Below, in pieces: positions 16,949 through 26,825 of a stretch of 64,000 nt of DNA. The stretch's first letter is position 1. Every line of letters starts with the position of its first letter. The position numbers were made by a program, and so were the translations under genes. The notes under the pieces are model-generated. The model worked only from the letters and a program-made list of their open reading frames with translations, did not search any database and had not been told where the DNA came from. The DNA is taken from IMG/VR virus record IMGVR_UViG_3300020358_000003; one strand, written 5' to 3'. The DNA is from an uncultured virus (IMG/VR IMGVR_UViG_3300020358_000003). Lineage: Duplodnaviria; Heunggongvirae; Uroviricota; Caudoviricetes.

Positions 16949-17211
16949 TGGATATTAAAGGGCCAGCATATTCACATAATTATGCGAGTCAACCACTGGA
17001 ACTAATTGTAAAGACTCAAGCAGCGAAAGAACTTCAAATGAATATAGTTGAACAAACTCGCCGTAGAACTGAGTTAACAGTGAGACAACCACAAAAAGCA
17101 TTAGGTAACTCATATGAAGGTCATGCTGGTACATATGGTGCAGATGGTAAAAAAATGCATATACCACAAGTTGAGGGGGTTAAACCAAAAAGCATAGATA
17201 TTCAAGTATAG
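16948..17211 (+). CDS. hypothetical protein
   Basis: TAATG coupling with the upstream gene. Confidence 0.6.
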   Translation: MDIKGPAYSHNYASQPLELIVKTQAAKELQMNIVEQTRRRTELTVRQPQKALGNSYEGHAGTYGADGKKMHIPQVEGVKPKSIDIQV

Positions 17212-17229
17212 TATAAGGAACTGATTATT

Positions 17230-17487
17230 ATGAAGGTTATAAAAGCACAAGATATTATAAGTGAACCTCGCTCAGTGGGTTGGAATGATCCTATCGCTAA
17301 TAAAACTTTTCCAGAAGATGGTCCACTTAAATTTGCTACAGAAAATGGAACTAACAATGTTTCTAGGCAAGAACTGGTAACATACAAAAGACGTAATGGT
17401 AAAATGGTAAGAGAGACTGTAGTGAGAGTATTTTCAACAAATGATTACATAGATCATACTAATACCGTAATCTTATCCGAATTATAA
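17230..17487 (+). CDS. hypothetical protein
   Basis: AAGGA RBS. Confidence 0.65.
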   Translation: MKVIKAQDIISEPRSVGWNDPIANKTFPEDGPLKFATENGTNNVSRQELVTYKRRNGKMVRETVVRVFSTNDYIDHTNTVILSEL

Positions 17488-17502
17488 AATAAGGAGAGAG
17501 CG

Positions 17503-17712
17503 ATGCGTGAATTATTAATAAGAGCATTTAAAAGCCATTCTCAAGGCCATATTGATAAACACCTAGCCAATTTTGAAGTGTATCTTCATAATGCTGCTGG
17601 AGTTGGAGAACATCCAGATATTATTGAAGCAATGGAAATGGAAATGGAACAAGTTGCAAAATACCACGATTTACTTGAAATGGTGGAAAAATATGTTGAG
17701 AGTGATATTTGA
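17503..17712 (+). CDS. conserved marine T4-like phage hypothetical protein
   Basis: EVYLHNAAGVGEHPDI motif; AAGGAG RBS. Confidence 0.75.
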   Translation: MRELLIRAFKSHSQGHIDKHLANFEVYLHNAAGVGEHPDIIEAMEMEMEQVAKYHDLLEMVEKYVESDI

Positions 17713-18359
17713 CTCTAAATATTAAAAATGGGGTCAACAATTGTTGGGTATCACCTATATTAAAAACATCAATCACTAAGACTGAGTGTGATAGATTGTT
17801 TACTGATATAATGATTGCTCATAGTGTTGACTCCAAAACAGGAAATAAAAAAAGAAAAAACTTTAAAGGTTTAGGTGATAAATCTGATAAGGGTATGCAT
17901 ATTGGGCAAATTGATATAGAGGAAGATTTGCTGCTTAGAACTTGTGCAGATAGATTTTTTGGTGAATATTTTGATAAGGTTTTGGGTATCAATTTAAAAG
18001 ATTTTGATTACAGATATTCATCTGCGTTTAATATTAATCGTGGTAGGGGGTCAATGCCAATTCATCAACATCAAGAGGTTGATTTTATTTCAGTTGTCTA
18101 CTTATATGCAGATGCAGAAGATGGACAAATAGTTCTGCATGATCCAAGATGGGCGATAGCATCTAAAGGTTATAAAACTGAATTTTTAGACCATTATGGT
18201 TCTATAGAATTTACACCAAAAACTGGAGATGTTCTTGTAATGCCAGCCTACATATATCATTCAGTAAAACAAAGTTTAGCACCTCTAAGAGTGTCTATGC
18301 CTATTGACTTAATTATTAATTCAAATGATGAGGAAATAAAAAATGAAATATGTTATTGA
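17709..18359 (+). CDS. putative 2OG-Fe(II) oxygenase (TIGR02466-like)
   Basis: HQH, SVVYL, HDPR, PAYIYHSV, RVS. Confidence 0.75.
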   Translation: MTLNIKNGVNNCWVSPILKTSITKTECDRLFTDIMIAHSVDSKTGNKKRKNFKGLGDKSDKGMHIGQIDIEEDLLLRTCADRFFGEYFDKVLGINLKDFDYRYSSAFNINRGRGSMPIHQHQEVDFISVVYLYADAEDGQIVLHDPRWAIASKGYKTEFLDHYGSIEFTPKTGDVLVMPAYIYHSVKQSLAPLRVSMPIDLIINSNDEEIKNEICY

Positions 18360-18675
18360 TATTGATGGAACGATTTGTAATGAGGTTTTAAAACCTGATG
18401 GTAAAAAAGACTATGAATTGCATGAACCCATGATGAATAGGATTGAAAAGGTAAATAAATTATATGATGCTGGTCATACTATAAAATATATGACTGCAAG
18501 AGGTTGTGTGAGTGGTGTTGATTATGAACCTCTTACTAGGAGACAACTTATGGCTTGGGGTGCAAAATATCACGAATTGAGTGTTGGTAAAAAAGAACAT
18601 TATGATATTTGGATTGATGACAAAGCATTTTGGTCTGAGAACTTTTTCCGAGAAACTGGGGAAACTTATGAGTAG
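18343..18675 (+). CDS. HAD-superfamily (capsule biosynthesis-type) phosphatase
   Basis: IDIDGTIC, TARG, IDDKA. Confidence 0.85.
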   Translation: MKYVIDIDGTICNEVLKPDGKKDYELHEPMMNRIEKVNKLYDAGHTIKYMTARGCVSGVDYEPLTRRQLMAWGAKYHELSVGKKEHYDIWIDDKAFWSENFFRETGETYE

Positions 18676-18820
18676 GATTCCTATGAAGGGCGGTGATGAG
18701 TACGATGGTCTTACTAAGGCTCGTAAATATTACAACTGGAGTAAGGGACAACTTAAAAAAATCAAACGTGGTTATAATAAGAGATTTCGTAAAGTAGGAA
18801 AAAAAATAACATATGAGTGA
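18668..18820 (+). CDS. small basic hypothetical protein
   Basis: MSRIPMKGGDEYDGLTKARKYY...; overlaps both neighbours. Confidence 0.6.
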   Translation: MSRIPMKGGDEYDGLTKARKYYNWSKGQLKKIKRGYNKRFRKVGKKITYE

Positions 18821-19539
18821 TTATGATAATATATTTTAGAAATTATTTTAGAAATAAAACTTTAAATTTAACAGTAAAGAGTGTTAGGTATTTTATGCCT
18901 AACGCAGAAATAAATTGTGTATGTTTTTATGACAAAGATGTATCTGAATATGATAATTTTGAAAAAATATGTGGAGTAGATAATATAATCTATAAGAAAA
19001 CATCCTATCCAAATGATACAAATATTTCTCCAGAAATTTCAAATAATCAAAAAACTTCTGGATCATTGGGTAGTAGAAATTTAAAAATTTTTACTGAGGG
19101 ATATAATACTATTTTTAGTGAGGTAAAAAATAGAGATGAAAAAGTTTTATTACTCACAGAAGATCATTTTTTTACAAATGGAAAAACATTAAAAGAATTG
19201 CTTAATTCTGACTTTAGCCTAGCATATGCAAGATTTGGTAAAGGCGTTCACACAATAAAACAAAACGATAGATTTTTACCTAACGCTAGTATAATTTGTT
19301 TTTTACCTAAAAAAATAAAACATCTATTTCCCTTAAATCTTGTAACTACAAAAAATAGTAAAGACCCTTGGTCTAATGCGATTGAGTACCATCTGAAAAA
19401 AATATTAATAGATCGTGTAAAATTAAACGAATTACATATAATTTCAACTAGAAATCATGCTAACTATATGGGAGATGGATTGCTTACCAATGATTATTTA
19501 GATATTGAAAATAGATTAAAGAATTGTGATATTATATGA
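18817..19539 (+). CDS. putative glycosyltransferase-like protein
   Basis: LTEDHFF DxD-like motif; next to a nucleotidyltransferase. Confidence 0.5.
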   Translation: MIMIIYFRNYFRNKTLNLTVKSVRYFMPNAEINCVCFYDKDVSEYDNFEKICGVDNIIYKKTSYPNDTNISPEISNNQKTSGSLGSRNLKIFTEGYNTIFSEVKNRDEKVLLLTEDHFFTNGKTLKELLNSDFSLAYARFGKGVHTIKQNDRFLPNASIICFLPKKIKHLFPLNLVTTKNSKDPWSNAIEYHLKKILIDRVKLNELHIISTRNHANYMGDGLLTNDYLDIENRLKNCDII

Positions 19540-20204
19540 TAACAGGAATTGTACCTATAGGTGGTTTTGGGACAAGATTAGGAATGACATTTTCAAAAGA
19601 AATGTTACCTCAAAGAAATTACAAATACTATAATCCAGTATCAAATCATTTGGTTTCAAAGATGATAGATGCAGGTGCTAAAAAAATAATATTTATTCAT
19701 GGTGATGAATTAAAAAGTGATGTTACTTCTTTTTTTACTAATGATAATTTTATTCATATTTGTCAGAAAAAATCTGGTTTCGCAAACGTGTTAGTTGAGT
19801 TTTTAGATTATAATCATACGACTAAAAATGATATATTATTTTTTGGTATGCCTGATACTATTTTTGAGAATAACCCCTTTATTGAAATGGCCTCAATTAA
19901 AGGCGTAGTTGCTGGAACATTTATTACTGATGACGAATCTAAAGTTGATAGATTGGAAAAAAATATGAAAAATTTTAAAGTTAAATCTAAAATGGAAAGA
20001 ATGTTATCAAATAGGTTTTGGGGTGTGCTAAAATTTGATGGAAAAAACCTAATTGATGCTTATGAACAAAACCTATTTAAAAAATACACTGAGGTCGGAG
20101 ATATAGTTAATTCATTAGGTTTTAAGATTGTTGATGGTAGAAAGTATATAGATTTAGGTACTTGGAATAATTATAATAGGTACTTATCTCATGGTTACTA
20201 TTGA
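19536..20204 (+). CDS. sugar-phosphate nucleotidyltransferase
   Basis: PIGGFGTRLG...KEMLP, FGMPD, YIDLGT. Confidence 0.8.
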   Translation: MITGIVPIGGFGTRLGMTFSKEMLPQRNYKYYNPVSNHLVSKMIDAGAKKIIFIHGDELKSDVTSFFTNDNFIHICQKKSGFANVLVEFLDYNHTTKNDILFFGMPDTIFENNPFIEMASIKGVVAGTFITDDESKVDRLEKNMKNFKVKSKMERMLSNRFWGVLKFDGKNLIDAYEQNLFKKYTEVGDIVNSLGFKIVDGRKYIDLGTWNNYNRYLSHGYY

Positions 20205-20550
20205 AGTTGATGAATCTTATGCGTTTGATTTTTTAAGCATCGCTTGGGTAAAAAAAATTAAAAAATTAAAAAATGCAGATGAACAATTCTTTTTTTATTT
20301 TGAAAATATCAAATATCAAATAGGTAGCGATCTATTTTATGAAATAATTGAGTCCTCAGAGTATAATTCTTTGATCCACTATAATGAAAGAATATACGAA
20401 AAGTTAGAAGAAATTAGATGTAATAATTGCATAGTTTCAGCAAAAATAATTGACGATTTGAATACTTGTAGATATCATTCAAAAGTAAAACTTCAAAAAA
20501 GTTTTTTTGGGAAAGATATAAAAGAAATTAAAAGTGATATGATGACGTAA
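20191..20550 (+). CDS. hypothetical protein
   Basis: VDESYAFDFLSI; overlaps the upstream gene. Confidence 0.6.
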   Translation: MVTIEVDESYAFDFLSIAWVKKIKKLKNADEQFFFYFENIKYQIGSDLFYEIIESSEYNSLIHYNERIYEKLEEIRCNNCIVSAKIIDDLNTCRYHSKVKLQKSFFGKDIKEIKSDMMT

Positions 20551-20578
20551 CATCACGAAATAATTTCTGTATAATTTG

Positions 20579-20586
20579 TATAAATA
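20579..20586 (+). promoter_or_regulatory. T4-type late promoter
   Basis: Intergenic TATAAATA. Confidence 0.65.
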
Positions 20587-20610
20587 TTACTGAATAACGG
20601 AGTTTTTTTT

Positions 20611-20766
20611 ATGATAAAGTTAACTGAAAACGACGAGATAGCCCAATGTCGCAAAATTATATCAGAACAATATAATCAAATTGAACTATTGAAAAAACAC
20701 TTGGCAGACGAAACAAGAGAGAAATATGGTTATATAAAACGTATAAAGGAATTGTTAAATGGTTAA
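20611..20766 (+). CDS. small coiled-coil hypothetical protein (51 aa, not in the ORF track)
   Basis: GGAG RBS; MIKLTENDEIAQCRKII...KELLNG. Confidence 0.55.
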   Translation: MIKLTENDEIAQCRKIISEQYNQIELLKKHLADETREKYGYIKRIKELLNG

Positions 20767-21157
20767 ATTATATTATGCCTTGATTTTATCTTTTGTTTTA
20801 ATTTCAAGTGCATTCGCTCAAAGTAAAGATAAAGTCCCGAAAGAATCTCCACAAGAGATGCCTCAAATGGACCCTAGTACTTCTACACCCGTTGCTATGA
20901 GAAGTATATGTGATGAACCAAAAAAAATAAAAGAAATAATTGATCAATATGGAGAAAAGAAATTATTTGATGCTTTTGGAATAACCTTTGTAATACCACC
21001 TAATTATCCACCAGAATATGCTAAACAGTTGAACGGAATTACTTCAATGTTTGTTAATCCAGATACTGGAACTTTTTCTATTATATTTAAAGGTGAGGGG
21101 TTTTCATGTCTAATTTTAAATGGAAATAAATTTACTCCAGGTGGAATAGACCAATGA
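20759..21157 (+). CDS. secreted hypothetical protein
   Basis: Signal peptide ending SAFA. Confidence 0.7.
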   Translation: MVKLYYALILSFVLISSAFAQSKDKVPKESPQEMPQMDPSTSTPVAMRSICDEPKKIKEIIDQYGEKKLFDAFGITFVIPPNYPPEYAKQLNGITSMFVNPDTGTFSIIFKGEGFSCLILNGNKFTPGGIDQ

Positions 21158-21465
21158 ATTATGCTGCATGGATATTGTACTCTTTGTTTAGTTTAAACGA
21201 TGGGCAAGCGTATGTTATTCAAGGCCAAAATTTTAAGACTTCTCAAGAATGTGTTGTATTCGCAAAAGCAAATATAAGAGGTCTTGGTACAACAATGTAT
21301 AATGAATTATCTAGACAATATGGAGAAGGAAATTTTGTGCCATTGGAAATAGGATGTGTTCCTAAAAAACCAAACGGTTCAGATGATCCTGCAAAACGTA
21401 TTCCAATTGTTGCTATGCCAAGAGAACTTTATCCAAAGGTAGAAGATCAAGGGATTGCTTTATGA
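21154..21465 (+). CDS. hypothetical protein, possibly exported
   Basis: Hydrophobic N-terminus, F.T..EC...C pair; ATGA overlap. Confidence 0.65.
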   Translation: MNYAAWILYSLFSLNDGQAYVIQGQNFKTSQECVVFAKANIRGLGTTMYNELSRQYGEGNFVPLEIGCVPKKPNGSDDPAKRIPIVAMPRELYPKVEDQGIAL

Positions 21466-21704
21466 TACATGATATGGCTATTTCTTGGTTAAATTTTATA
21501 AAAAGAAAAACTCAGCGTAAAACTGATCCAAAATTTTTAAGAGAATTATCTGATATGTATCATAAAGAGAGAACTGAAAATTTTAGAGAGAATATAAGAA
21601 ATATGCAAAATAGAAGCAGACAAATTAAAGAAATGCAAACTGAAAAGCAAGAATCTTATCACGATTATATTGCAAGAAGATTGAGGGAAACAAAAGATGA
21701 GTGA
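21462..21704 (+). CDS. hypothetical protein
   Basis: ATGA overlap. Confidence 0.6.
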   Translation: MIHDMAISWLNFIKRKTQRKTDPKFLRELSDMYHKERTENFRENIRNMQNRSRQIKEMQTEKQESYHDYIARRLRETKDE

Positions 21705-21960
21705 TGATATTTTTGACTTTGGATTTACAGCAGTTACTGAAGATGAATTAGAGACCGTACAAGAACTCACTCAAAAATCCACATCTAGTGCTGAAAATCT
21801 AGATGCTGTTCAAGATAAAATTGATAAACTTTATAATGCAATAATCCCCTTGCTCAATAACCTTAAAAAGAATCCACAAAAAGATTATATTCATTGGCCC
21901 AACAGACTCACGAAAGTTGAGCAGTTTGAAGAAATGTTAACTAAGATTTATAAATTATAG
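21697..21960 (+). CDS. conserved T4-like phage hypothetical protein
   Basis: DFGF...NLKKNPQKDYIHWPNR. Confidence 0.75.
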   Translation: MSDDIFDFGFTAVTEDELETVQELTQKSTSSAENLDAVQDKIDKLYNAIIPLLNNLKKNPQKDYIHWPNRLTKVEQFEEMLTKIYKL

Positions 21961-21962
21961 AG

Positions 21963-22019
21963 TTGACAATCTAATTTAAATATCGTAAGTTATAAGAGTA
22001 AAGAGAATCACTTGAAAGG
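21963..22019 (+). promoter_or_regulatory. early promoter with conserved leader/RBS cassette
   Basis: TTGACA-17-TAAGTT-ATAAGAGTAAAGAGAATCACTTGAAAGG. Confidence 0.8.
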
Positions 22020-22025
22020 GTTCCT

Positions 22026-22667
22026 ATGCTCATTTATCAAACACACCAAAAGCCCATTGCACAAAATCTACAATCTCTTAACTGGGATAATTCAGATATT
22101 ATGTCATACTTGGCGTATCTCAATAAGAAGCAGACTCTTATTGAAACTGGTCGCAAACATGGCAAGTATAGTCGTGACTCAGATCGTTCAAAAGTTTATA
22201 ATGCTGAGTTTAAGTATGAACGTACTTATGGTATGGGCAAGAAATTCAAAAACCTCGCAGAAGCACAAAAGTATTGTGACCACGTTCTCGCCTCAAAGAC
22301 TTGGCAGAAAATGTCAAACACTACTCATATTGCTTTGTCTACCATGCATGGCAATAGAACTGCTGGTCGCGCTTGGAGAAATAATATTGATCTGAATGTC
22401 AAAGGTGGAATGAACCAGTATGTTCTCATTCATGAGATGGCTCATTGTGCTGGTAATATGCACCACGACACTCAGTTTCGGATTGATCTATTGAAGTTGG
22501 TATCTCGTTTCATTGGTAAAGAGCAAGCAGAATATCTCAAGGCTTGTTTCAAGGAAAAGAAACTCAAACTCAAAATCAATACTAATGTCATGAAGCCTGA
22601 TGCTTGGATGAAAATGAACAAGCGTATGGAAATGGCAAGAGATAAAAGGGTTGACATTGCAGCATAA
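22026..22667 (+). CDS. HExxH metallohydrolase/peptidase-like protein
   Basis: RDSDRSKVYNAE, VLIHEMAH, HDTQF. Confidence 0.75.
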   Translation: MLIYQTHQKPIAQNLQSLNWDNSDIMSYLAYLNKKQTLIETGRKHGKYSRDSDRSKVYNAEFKYERTYGMGKKFKNLAEAQKYCDHVLASKTWQKMSNTTHIALSTMHGNRTAGRAWRNNIDLNVKGGMNQYVLIHEMAHCAGNMHHDTQFRIDLLKLVSRFIGKEQAEYLKACFKEKKLKLKINTNVMKPDAWMKMNKRMEMARDKRVDIAA

Positions 22668-22707
22668 TTATCGTAGTTTATAAGAGTAAAGAGAATCACT
22701 TGAAAGG
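22651..22707 (+). promoter_or_regulatory. early promoter with conserved leader/RBS cassette
   Basis: TTGACA-17-TAGTTT-ATAAGAGTAAAGAGAATCACTTGAAAGG. Confidence 0.8.
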
Positions 22708-22716
22708 ATTTAGACC

Positions 22717-23088
22717 ATGACTAAGTTTAACAAAGCAGATTTTAGCTACCACGGTGGATACTTAACGTACACAGGCGATTATGAAGGTCGCCCAGTATGG
22801 CAGACAACAACAGCAGCGGGAGGCTCAGTCCACCCATCACTTGTTGGAAAAGGCAAAGATTTGTTCATTGCACGGTTCAAGCATCGTGGACCTTTCACCA
22901 AAGCAAAGTTTCTTGCTGAACTAGTAAAGTCTTTTACAGTTGAAGAGTATGTTGAAGAGCGGGCAAAAGATGGACTTGATAGTTCTCCCTTGCAAATCCT
23001 TCGGAATAAAAATGAAGATTGGTACTATAAAGTAATGTTTGCTTGGAAGAATAAAAATACACCAATCTGTGCTTACGATCACGCATAA
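22717..23088 (+). CDS. hypothetical early protein
   Basis: Directly behind a promoter cassette. Confidence 0.75.
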   Translation: MTKFNKADFSYHGGYLTYTGDYEGRPVWQTTTAAGGSVHPSLVGKGKDLFIARFKHRGPFTKAKFLAELVKSFTVEEYVEERAKDGLDSSPLQILRNKNEDWYYKVMFAWKNKNTPICAYDHA

Positions 23089-23107
23089 AGTTTTCTTCTT
23101 AATGGTA

Positions 23108-23163
23108 TTGACACTCTTACTCTTATATCGTAGTTTATAAGAGTAAGAGAATCACTTGAAAGG
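23108..23163 (+). promoter_or_regulatory. early promoter with conserved leader/RBS cassette
   Basis: TTGACA-17-TAGTTT-ATAAGAGTAAGAGAATCACTTGAAAGG. Confidence 0.8.
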
Positions 23164-23170
23164 TTTCATC

Positions 23171-23347
23171 ATGACTGAATATAGGGAAGTCGCCCAAATG
23201 CTTCGGCAGTTGATCAAAAACACAAACTCACCAGAGAGTCCAATTCCTGCTGGACATATTATGGTATTATCAGAGATGCTTGATGAAAAGGCAGATAGTG
23301 TTGAGTTAGAGATGATAATTGAAATGCAAAGAAAGGCAGTCGCATGA
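23171..23347 (+). CDS. hypothetical early protein
   Basis: ATG after the GAAAGG RBS. Confidence 0.65.
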   Translation: MTEYREVAQMLRQLIKNTNSPESPIPAGHIMVLSEMLDEKADSVELEMIIEMQRKAVA

Positions 23348-23592
23348 AAATGAAAGTTGTAAGTTCAAATGGATACACTATTGGTGATTTCCAAGAGGCA
23401 TTTGATAAGTTGACCCAAAATATGGAAAACTGGAAAATGCCAATCAAATCCACAATTCGGATTGCTGAGTTGACATTGATGAGTGAAGCGTGTACTTGGT
23501 TTACTGGATCAGAATTGACTCAAACAAACCACAATGGTGATGGAACTATGGAAGTTAGTGCTGATGGTTATTACATGGCAATAGGAGCATAA
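23344..23592 (+). CDS. hypothetical protein
   Basis: ATGA overlap; WK.PI, ACTWFTG, ADGYY. Confidence 0.7.
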   Translation: MKMKVVSSNGYTIGDFQEAFDKLTQNMENWKMPIKSTIRIAELTLMSEACTWFTGSELTQTNHNGDGTMEVSADGYYMAIGA

Positions 23593-23593
23593 A

Positions 23594-23806
23594 ATGACTA
23601 AATATGATAAAAGACATGGTGGCCCATACGATAGGGGTAGTGCAGATTCTTGGTATCGGCGTGGAGTTGAACCTCACTATTGGTCGCAAGGTACTGGTAG
23701 TGGTATAAAAACAGAAGAAAAAGATATGACGCCCGATGAAATAAAAGCGTATCTTGCTGGCTATGATGAAAATGAAAGTTCTGGCTGTCACAAGGATTGG
23801 TTTTAA
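23594..23806 (+). CDS. conserved phage hypothetical protein
   Basis: RHGGPYDRGSADSWY...EIKAYLAGY; AGGAG RBS. Confidence 0.75.
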   Translation: MTKYDKRHGGPYDRGSADSWYRRGVEPHYWSQGTGSGIKTEEKDMTPDEIKAYLAGYDENESSGCHKDWF

Positions 23807-23817
23807 GGAGCAATAAG

Positions 23818-24024
23818 ATGGCAATATATCGTCACGATAACCTAATACTAGATTTGTCTGGTCCTAGTAATGCCAAAGCAAAAGTGTATCGTGATGGTAT
23901 GTTACTTTTTCAAGGACAAAGCGGATATGCGGTTCCTTTATTTGTAAAAGAATGTAACGACAAAGATGTAACCTTTAAATTTTATTCACAAACCACTAGA
24001 CAAAATTTGACAAATGGGTTATAA
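23818..24024 (+). CDS. hypothetical protein
   Basis: AAGGAG RBS before ATG 23818. Confidence 0.65.
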   Translation: MAIYRHDNLILDLSGPSNAKAKVYRDGMLLFQGQSGYAVPLFVKECNDKDVTFKFYSQTTRQNLTNGL

Positions 24025-24052
24025 TGGTAAAAATAATGATTCGGAGAAAAGT

Positions 24053-24322
24053 ATGAAAACAGCGACTACTCAAGCAGATCGTATGGCACTTATTGCAGAG
24101 GTTCACCAACGACATAAAAAGTTAAAAAGGTTAAAATTAAACAGTAAAAAGCGTCCAATGATCAAACGAGATTTCGCTAAAATCGTGGTAGATGATACTG
24201 ATGAAAATATCAACCATTATACTGATGCAAGTAAATATGCAAAAGAATATTATGCGGATATTTTATACCAAACAATTAAGTATGATAATCCAGGTGTTGG
24301 TGAAGATTGGGGTGATTATTGA
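24053..24322 (+). CDS. hypothetical protein
   Basis: GGAG RBS; NHYTDASKYAKEYY. Confidence 0.65.
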   Translation: MKTATTQADRMALIAEVHQRHKKLKRLKLNSKKRPMIKRDFAKIVVDDTDENINHYTDASKYAKEYYADILYQTIKYDNPGVGEDWGDY

Positions 24323-24687
24323 TGGAAGTCAATACTCATGGGATTGAAGAAGAAGAAAATGAACATGCCATAGAACGGCGTGTTTATATGGATATTACGC
24401 CCAGACCAAAACAATCTGAAATCGTTACTTCTCTTAAAAATCAAGCGGGTAAAGAATGGCAGTCTAGATGTACGGAACATTTTGCGTGGAAAGCGGCAGA
24501 TCATATAATTGAACTTGAAAATAATGCAATCTTAGAAAATGAAATCCAAATTATTATGTGGAAATCTTTAGAGAGAGTTAAAATCCAACAAAATGAACTG
24601 GAAGAAGAAAATAAATTCCTAAAAGGACTTATTAACAAGTATCATTTGGAGCATGATGCCTTTACTGGAAAGGGAAATATAACATGA
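24322..24687 (+). CDS. hypothetical protein
   Basis: TGATG coupling; coiled-coil-like C-terminus. Confidence 0.65.
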   Translation: MEVNTHGIEEEENEHAIERRVYMDITPRPKQSEIVTSLKNQAGKEWQSRCTEHFAWKAADHIIELENNAILENEIQIIMWKSLERVKIQQNELEEENKFLKGLINKYHLEHDAFTGKGNIT

Positions 24688-25028
24688 CTATGCATCTTAT
24701 GCGAGGTATGTCCTCAAACAGTACAAAGAAACGTAAATTGAAAAGAAGTCCGGGCTGGAAAAAACGCCAAGAGGAACATAACGCATTTCTTAAAAAAATG
24801 GGAGTGAGCGATAGACCTAGCACCTATCGCTCAGATATGCCTGATTTAAGTGTCCGAAAAATGCCACAAACTTCAGACAGTATTTGTTCAAATGGTTTGA
24901 AAAAAGAAACACCGACTTACACTGGAAATGAAATTGCTGGTATTGTGACAACACACAAGAGTAATCTTATGCCAATTCGTAAAGATAATAAAAATGCGGC
25001 AATTGATGCTGCTAATATGCGGAGATAA
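24684..25028 (+). CDS. conserved T4-like phage hypothetical protein
   Basis: YTG..IAGI..THKSNLMPI motif. Confidence 0.75.
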   Translation: MTMHLMRGMSSNSTKKRKLKRSPGWKKRQEEHNAFLKKMGVSDRPSTYRSDMPDLSVRKMPQTSDSICSNGLKKETPTYTGNEIAGIVTTHKSNLMPIRKDNKNAAIDAANMRR

Positions 25029-25029
25029 T

Positions 25030-25260
25030 ATGTTTACAGTAGAACATGAATTTGATTACTCTACAGTGGTTGTTATGGATAATCATAATAAAGCAGACGA
25101 TGTTGAAATTATATTTGATGAAGAATATGTATATGTAAGACAGTATGATAAAGAAGATGATTTTAATATCGTTGTAATAACTCCACAAATGTTTAAAGAA
25201 ATAATTGCTGCCTATAATATGTCAGAGGGTTCATATGTAACTGGAAAATTTAAAAAATGA
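25030..25260 (+). CDS. hypothetical protein
   Basis: GGAG RBS; MFTVEHEFD...EGSY. Confidence 0.7.
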   Translation: MFTVEHEFDYSTVVVMDNHNKADDVEIIFDEEYVYVRQYDKEDDFNIVVITPQMFKEIIAAYNMSEGSYVTGKFKK

Positions 25261-25550
25261 ACTTGGCGAGACACGCGAACAAAATTATTAAGATTAACCC
25301 TAATATGATGATACCGTATTATCTTATGGCATCATATGCTTATTATGAAGAATCTGATCCAATTTTTTCTGATAGTTACTTTGATAATTTGGCTAAAAAT
25401 ATTTTAAAAGAATGGGATAACTTAGATCATTACCATAAACATCTACTAGATAGAGATGTTCTTGAAGCAGGAAGTTATATTGGAAAATATCCAACAATCG
25501 TAATTGACTCTTTAGATGAATTGAAAAAAGGAAAAAATAATGCTAATTAA
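25257..25550 (+). CDS. stand-alone protein resembling NAD+-dependent DNA ligase subdomain Ia
   Basis: [17 protein letters not shown] matches the YY...P.ISD..YD motif. Confidence 0.6.
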   Translation: MNLARHANKIIKINPNMMIPYYLMASYAYYEESDPIFSDSYFDNLAKNILKEWDNLDHYHKHLLDRDVLEAGSYIGKYPTIVIDSLDELKKGKNNAN

Positions 25551-26553
25551 TGATGATGTTAAACTTGATTATTCTGACGTTTTGATCAGACCAAAACGAT
25601 CAACACTAACTTCGCGGTATGATGTTGACTTAGAGAGAAAATACAAATTTAAACATAGTAAAAAAACTTGGATGGGAACTCCAATTATGGCATCAAACAT
25701 GGATACTGTGGGAACATTTTCCATGGCAGATGTGTTGACTAATTATAATATGATAACTTGCCTCGCCAAACATTATAATGCAGAAGGTGTATGGCCCACT
25801 AAAATTCTAGAGCCAAATCATTTATGCGTTATGGGTGGAATATCTGATACTGACATTCAAAACACTCAAAAAATATACCAATCAAGTGAAGCATTTTTCA
25901 TTGGTTTAGATGTAGCCAATGGCTACACAATTAGTTTTGTAGATGCTGTAAAGAAAATGCGTGATTTAGAACCAGACGCTACAATTATTGCGGGTAATGT
26001 TGTCACTGCTGATATGACGCAAGAACTAATCCTTGCTGGTGCAGACATTGTAAAAGTTGGTGTTGGTCCTGGTTCAGTTTGTACAACAAGAATTAAAACT
26101 GGTATTGGTATGCCTCAACTGAGTGCGGTTATTGAATGTGCTGATGCAGCGCATGGTATGGATGCTCATATCATTGCGGATGGTGGATGTACTACTTCTG
26201 GTGATATGGTGAAAGCATTTGCCGCAGGTGCAGATTTTGTAATGATTGGTGGTATGCTTGCTGGGCATGATGAATGTGATGGTATTATAGACAATGGTAA
26301 AATGAAATTTTATGGTATGGCGTCAGGCTCTGCGATGGATAGACACAAAGTTGGTCATAGAGAATATAGAGGCGTTGAAGGTAAAACCGTCACAGTAGAT
26401 CATAAAGGGCCAGTGGAGTTAACACTAATTGATATTTTATCTGGCATCAGATCAGCGTGTACTTATGTTGGTGCAAGCAGATTAAAAGATTTATCAAAAT
26501 GCGCGACATTTGTAAGAGTAAATAATACGCATAATACAGTTTATGGCTCTTGA
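25540..26553 (+). CDS. guaC: GMP reductase
   Basis: [53 protein letters not shown]. Confidence 0.93.
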   Translation: MLINDDVKLDYSDVLIRPKRSTLTSRYDVDLERKYKFKHSKKTWMGTPIMASNMDTVGTFSMADVLTNYNMITCLAKHYNAEGVWPTKILEPNHLCVMGGISDTDIQNTQKIYQSSEAFFIGLDVANGYTISFVDAVKKMRDLEPDATIIAGNVVTADMTQELILAGADIVKVGVGPGSVCTTRIKTGIGMPQLSAVIECADAAHGMDAHIIADGGCTTSGDMVKAFAAGADFVMIGGMLAGHDECDGIIDNGKMKFYGMASGSAMDRHKVGHREYRGVEGKTVTVDHKGPVELTLIDILSGIRSACTYVGASRLKDLSKCATFVRVNNTHNTVYGS

Positions 26554-26612
26554 CAGTGGTTAATTCTTCTGCTAATTTATAAGAGTAAAGAGAATCATCT
26601 AGTCTTGAAAGG
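26550..26612 (+). promoter_or_regulatory. early promoter with conserved leader/RBS cassette
   Basis: TTGACA-17-TAATTT-ATAAGAGTAAAGAGAATCA-TCTAGT-CTTGAAAGG. Confidence 0.8.
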
Positions 26613-26619
26613 ACGCATC

Positions 26620-26823
26620 ATGAACTTACATATCGGTTTAGACATTATCGGAAATTTCGGTGCTACGGTTTCGGAAATGTACGGTCGAATCTCTAGGATA
26701 GACGGTAATCTAATTGATGTGAAGTGGTCAAACGGTTCTCTCCACTATATCACCGCAGAGGATATTCGGGACGATTACTGCGATAGCAATCTGATTGGTT
26801 TTTATATCAATCCTTTTAAATAG
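26620..26823 (+). CDS. hypothetical early protein
   Basis: ATG after GAAAGGA. Confidence 0.65.
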   Translation: MNLHIGLDIIGNFGATVSEMYGRISRIDGNLIDVKWSNGSLHYITAEDIRDDYCDSNLIGFYINPFK

Positions 26824-26825
26824 GG

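Noticed and set aside
22012..22395. ORF-track proteins starting MKG (22012, 23156, 26605, 26881, 28176)
   Set aside because: The apparent start is part of the TGAAAGG RBS cassette. True starts are the downstream ATGs, and 22012 is an off-frame shadow of 22026.
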